NCBI RefSeq assembly: GCF_030144855.1
Contig: NC_082722.1
Span: forward strand, 31,930,001 to 31,994,000
Direction: 5' to 3'
Source: Hypanus sabinus
Lineage: Eukaryota
Length of the DNA: 64,000 nucleotides
The notes under the pieces: model-generated
Database searches by the model: none
Seen by the model: the letters and a program-made list of their open reading frames with translations, nothing else
What the model was told of the DNA's origin: nothing
Translations under genes and position numbers: made by a program
In this document: in pieces, positions 63,290 to 64,000 of the stretch
Numbering within the stretch: position 1 is the stretch's first letter
How the letters are laid out: each line of letters opens with the position of its first letter

Positions 63290-63760
63290 CAGCAATTTTT
63301 TTACAGACGTACCGGGGGAGAACACGTTGTGACTCGTGGCATCACCTAATACTATAGAGACTCCAATGCCCAGGCTCGGAAAAAGCTGCAGAGGACTCAG
63401 TCAGCCCCATCCTGGTCACTAGCCTTCCCACCAATGAGGACACCTTCAATAGGCGATGCCTCAAAAGAGTGGCTTCCATCATTAAGGACCCTCACCCTCC
63501 AGGACCCGTCCTCTTCTCACCACTAACATCAGGGAGGAGGTACAGGAGCCTTAAGGATGCCCTCTCACTGTTGTAGGAACAGATTCTTCCCTTCTGCTAT
63601 CATAGTCCGTGAGAACTATCTCACTAGTTTTCTCCCTGTAACACTGTATTTACCTAATTTTTCATTTCTTAATGTAACCTATAGTAATTTTTATGTATTA
63701 CTCCATATTGCTGCTGCAAAACAATGCATTTCATGACGTATGCCAGTGATAGTAAACCTG
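63290..63760 (+). mobile_element. Rex/Babar-like LINE 3' fragment
   Basis: Same 3' region as 47450-48080 (ccatcattaaggaccc...gggaggaggtacaggagcc). Confidence 0.7.
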
Positions 63761-63887
63761 GTTCACAAATGACACTGTGAATGTATAGACACCACAAGTG
63801 TAAAATGCCATGCTCTGTTTCTTCTTTTGTACATGTACATACTTTCATGAAAAATGTCCGTTTTGAAATGAAAAGTTAGGCCATTTC

Positions 63888-64000
63888 ATATAGGAGTAGA
63901 ATTAGGCCATTTGGCCCATCGAATCTACTCCACCATTTCATCATGGCTGATCCATTTTGCCTCTCAGCCCCAATCTCCTGCCTTCTCCCCATAACCTTTC
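63888..64000 (-). mobile_element. CR1 3' UTR, continuing beyond the window
   Basis: Reverse complement of gatgggccaaatggcctaattc. Confidence 0.75.

Overview
Vertebrate genomic DNA, most likely a cartilaginous fish such as a ray or shark (inferred from the repeat families and a retained GALR1-like paralogue). There are three protein-coding genes. (1) The 5' part of DUS2 (tRNA-dihydrouridine(20) synthase) on the - strand, with five canonical coding exons and two candidate leader exons; the gene runs off the left edge. (2) Intronless DDX28 (mitochondrial DEAD-box helicase) at 34424-36070 (+), head-to-head with DUS2 across a CpG island. (3) A complete three-exon galanin receptor 1-like gene (GALR1b/GALR1L type) on the - strand at 40428-62472. 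The rest is mostly intron and intergenic sequence rich in transposons: CR1, Rex/Babar-like and Tx1-like LINEs, Tigger, Tc1 and hAT DNA elements, an internally deleted Ty3/Gypsy element, SINEs, Penelope-derived repeats and a U1 snRNA retrocopy. Highlights: the GALR1-like receptor is intact but has lost sodium-pocket residues (D2.50S, N7.45Y) and gained charged residues in its ligand pocket (E2.61, K3.32, D6.51); short Penelope-derived repeats carry minimal hammerhead-ribozyme cores; one hAT element carries the 3' end of 28S rRNA and another carries a solo LTR; a four-way transposon nest includes a Gypsy element with an intact -1 frameshift signal; and DUS2 may have an in-frame 74-aa N-terminal extension.
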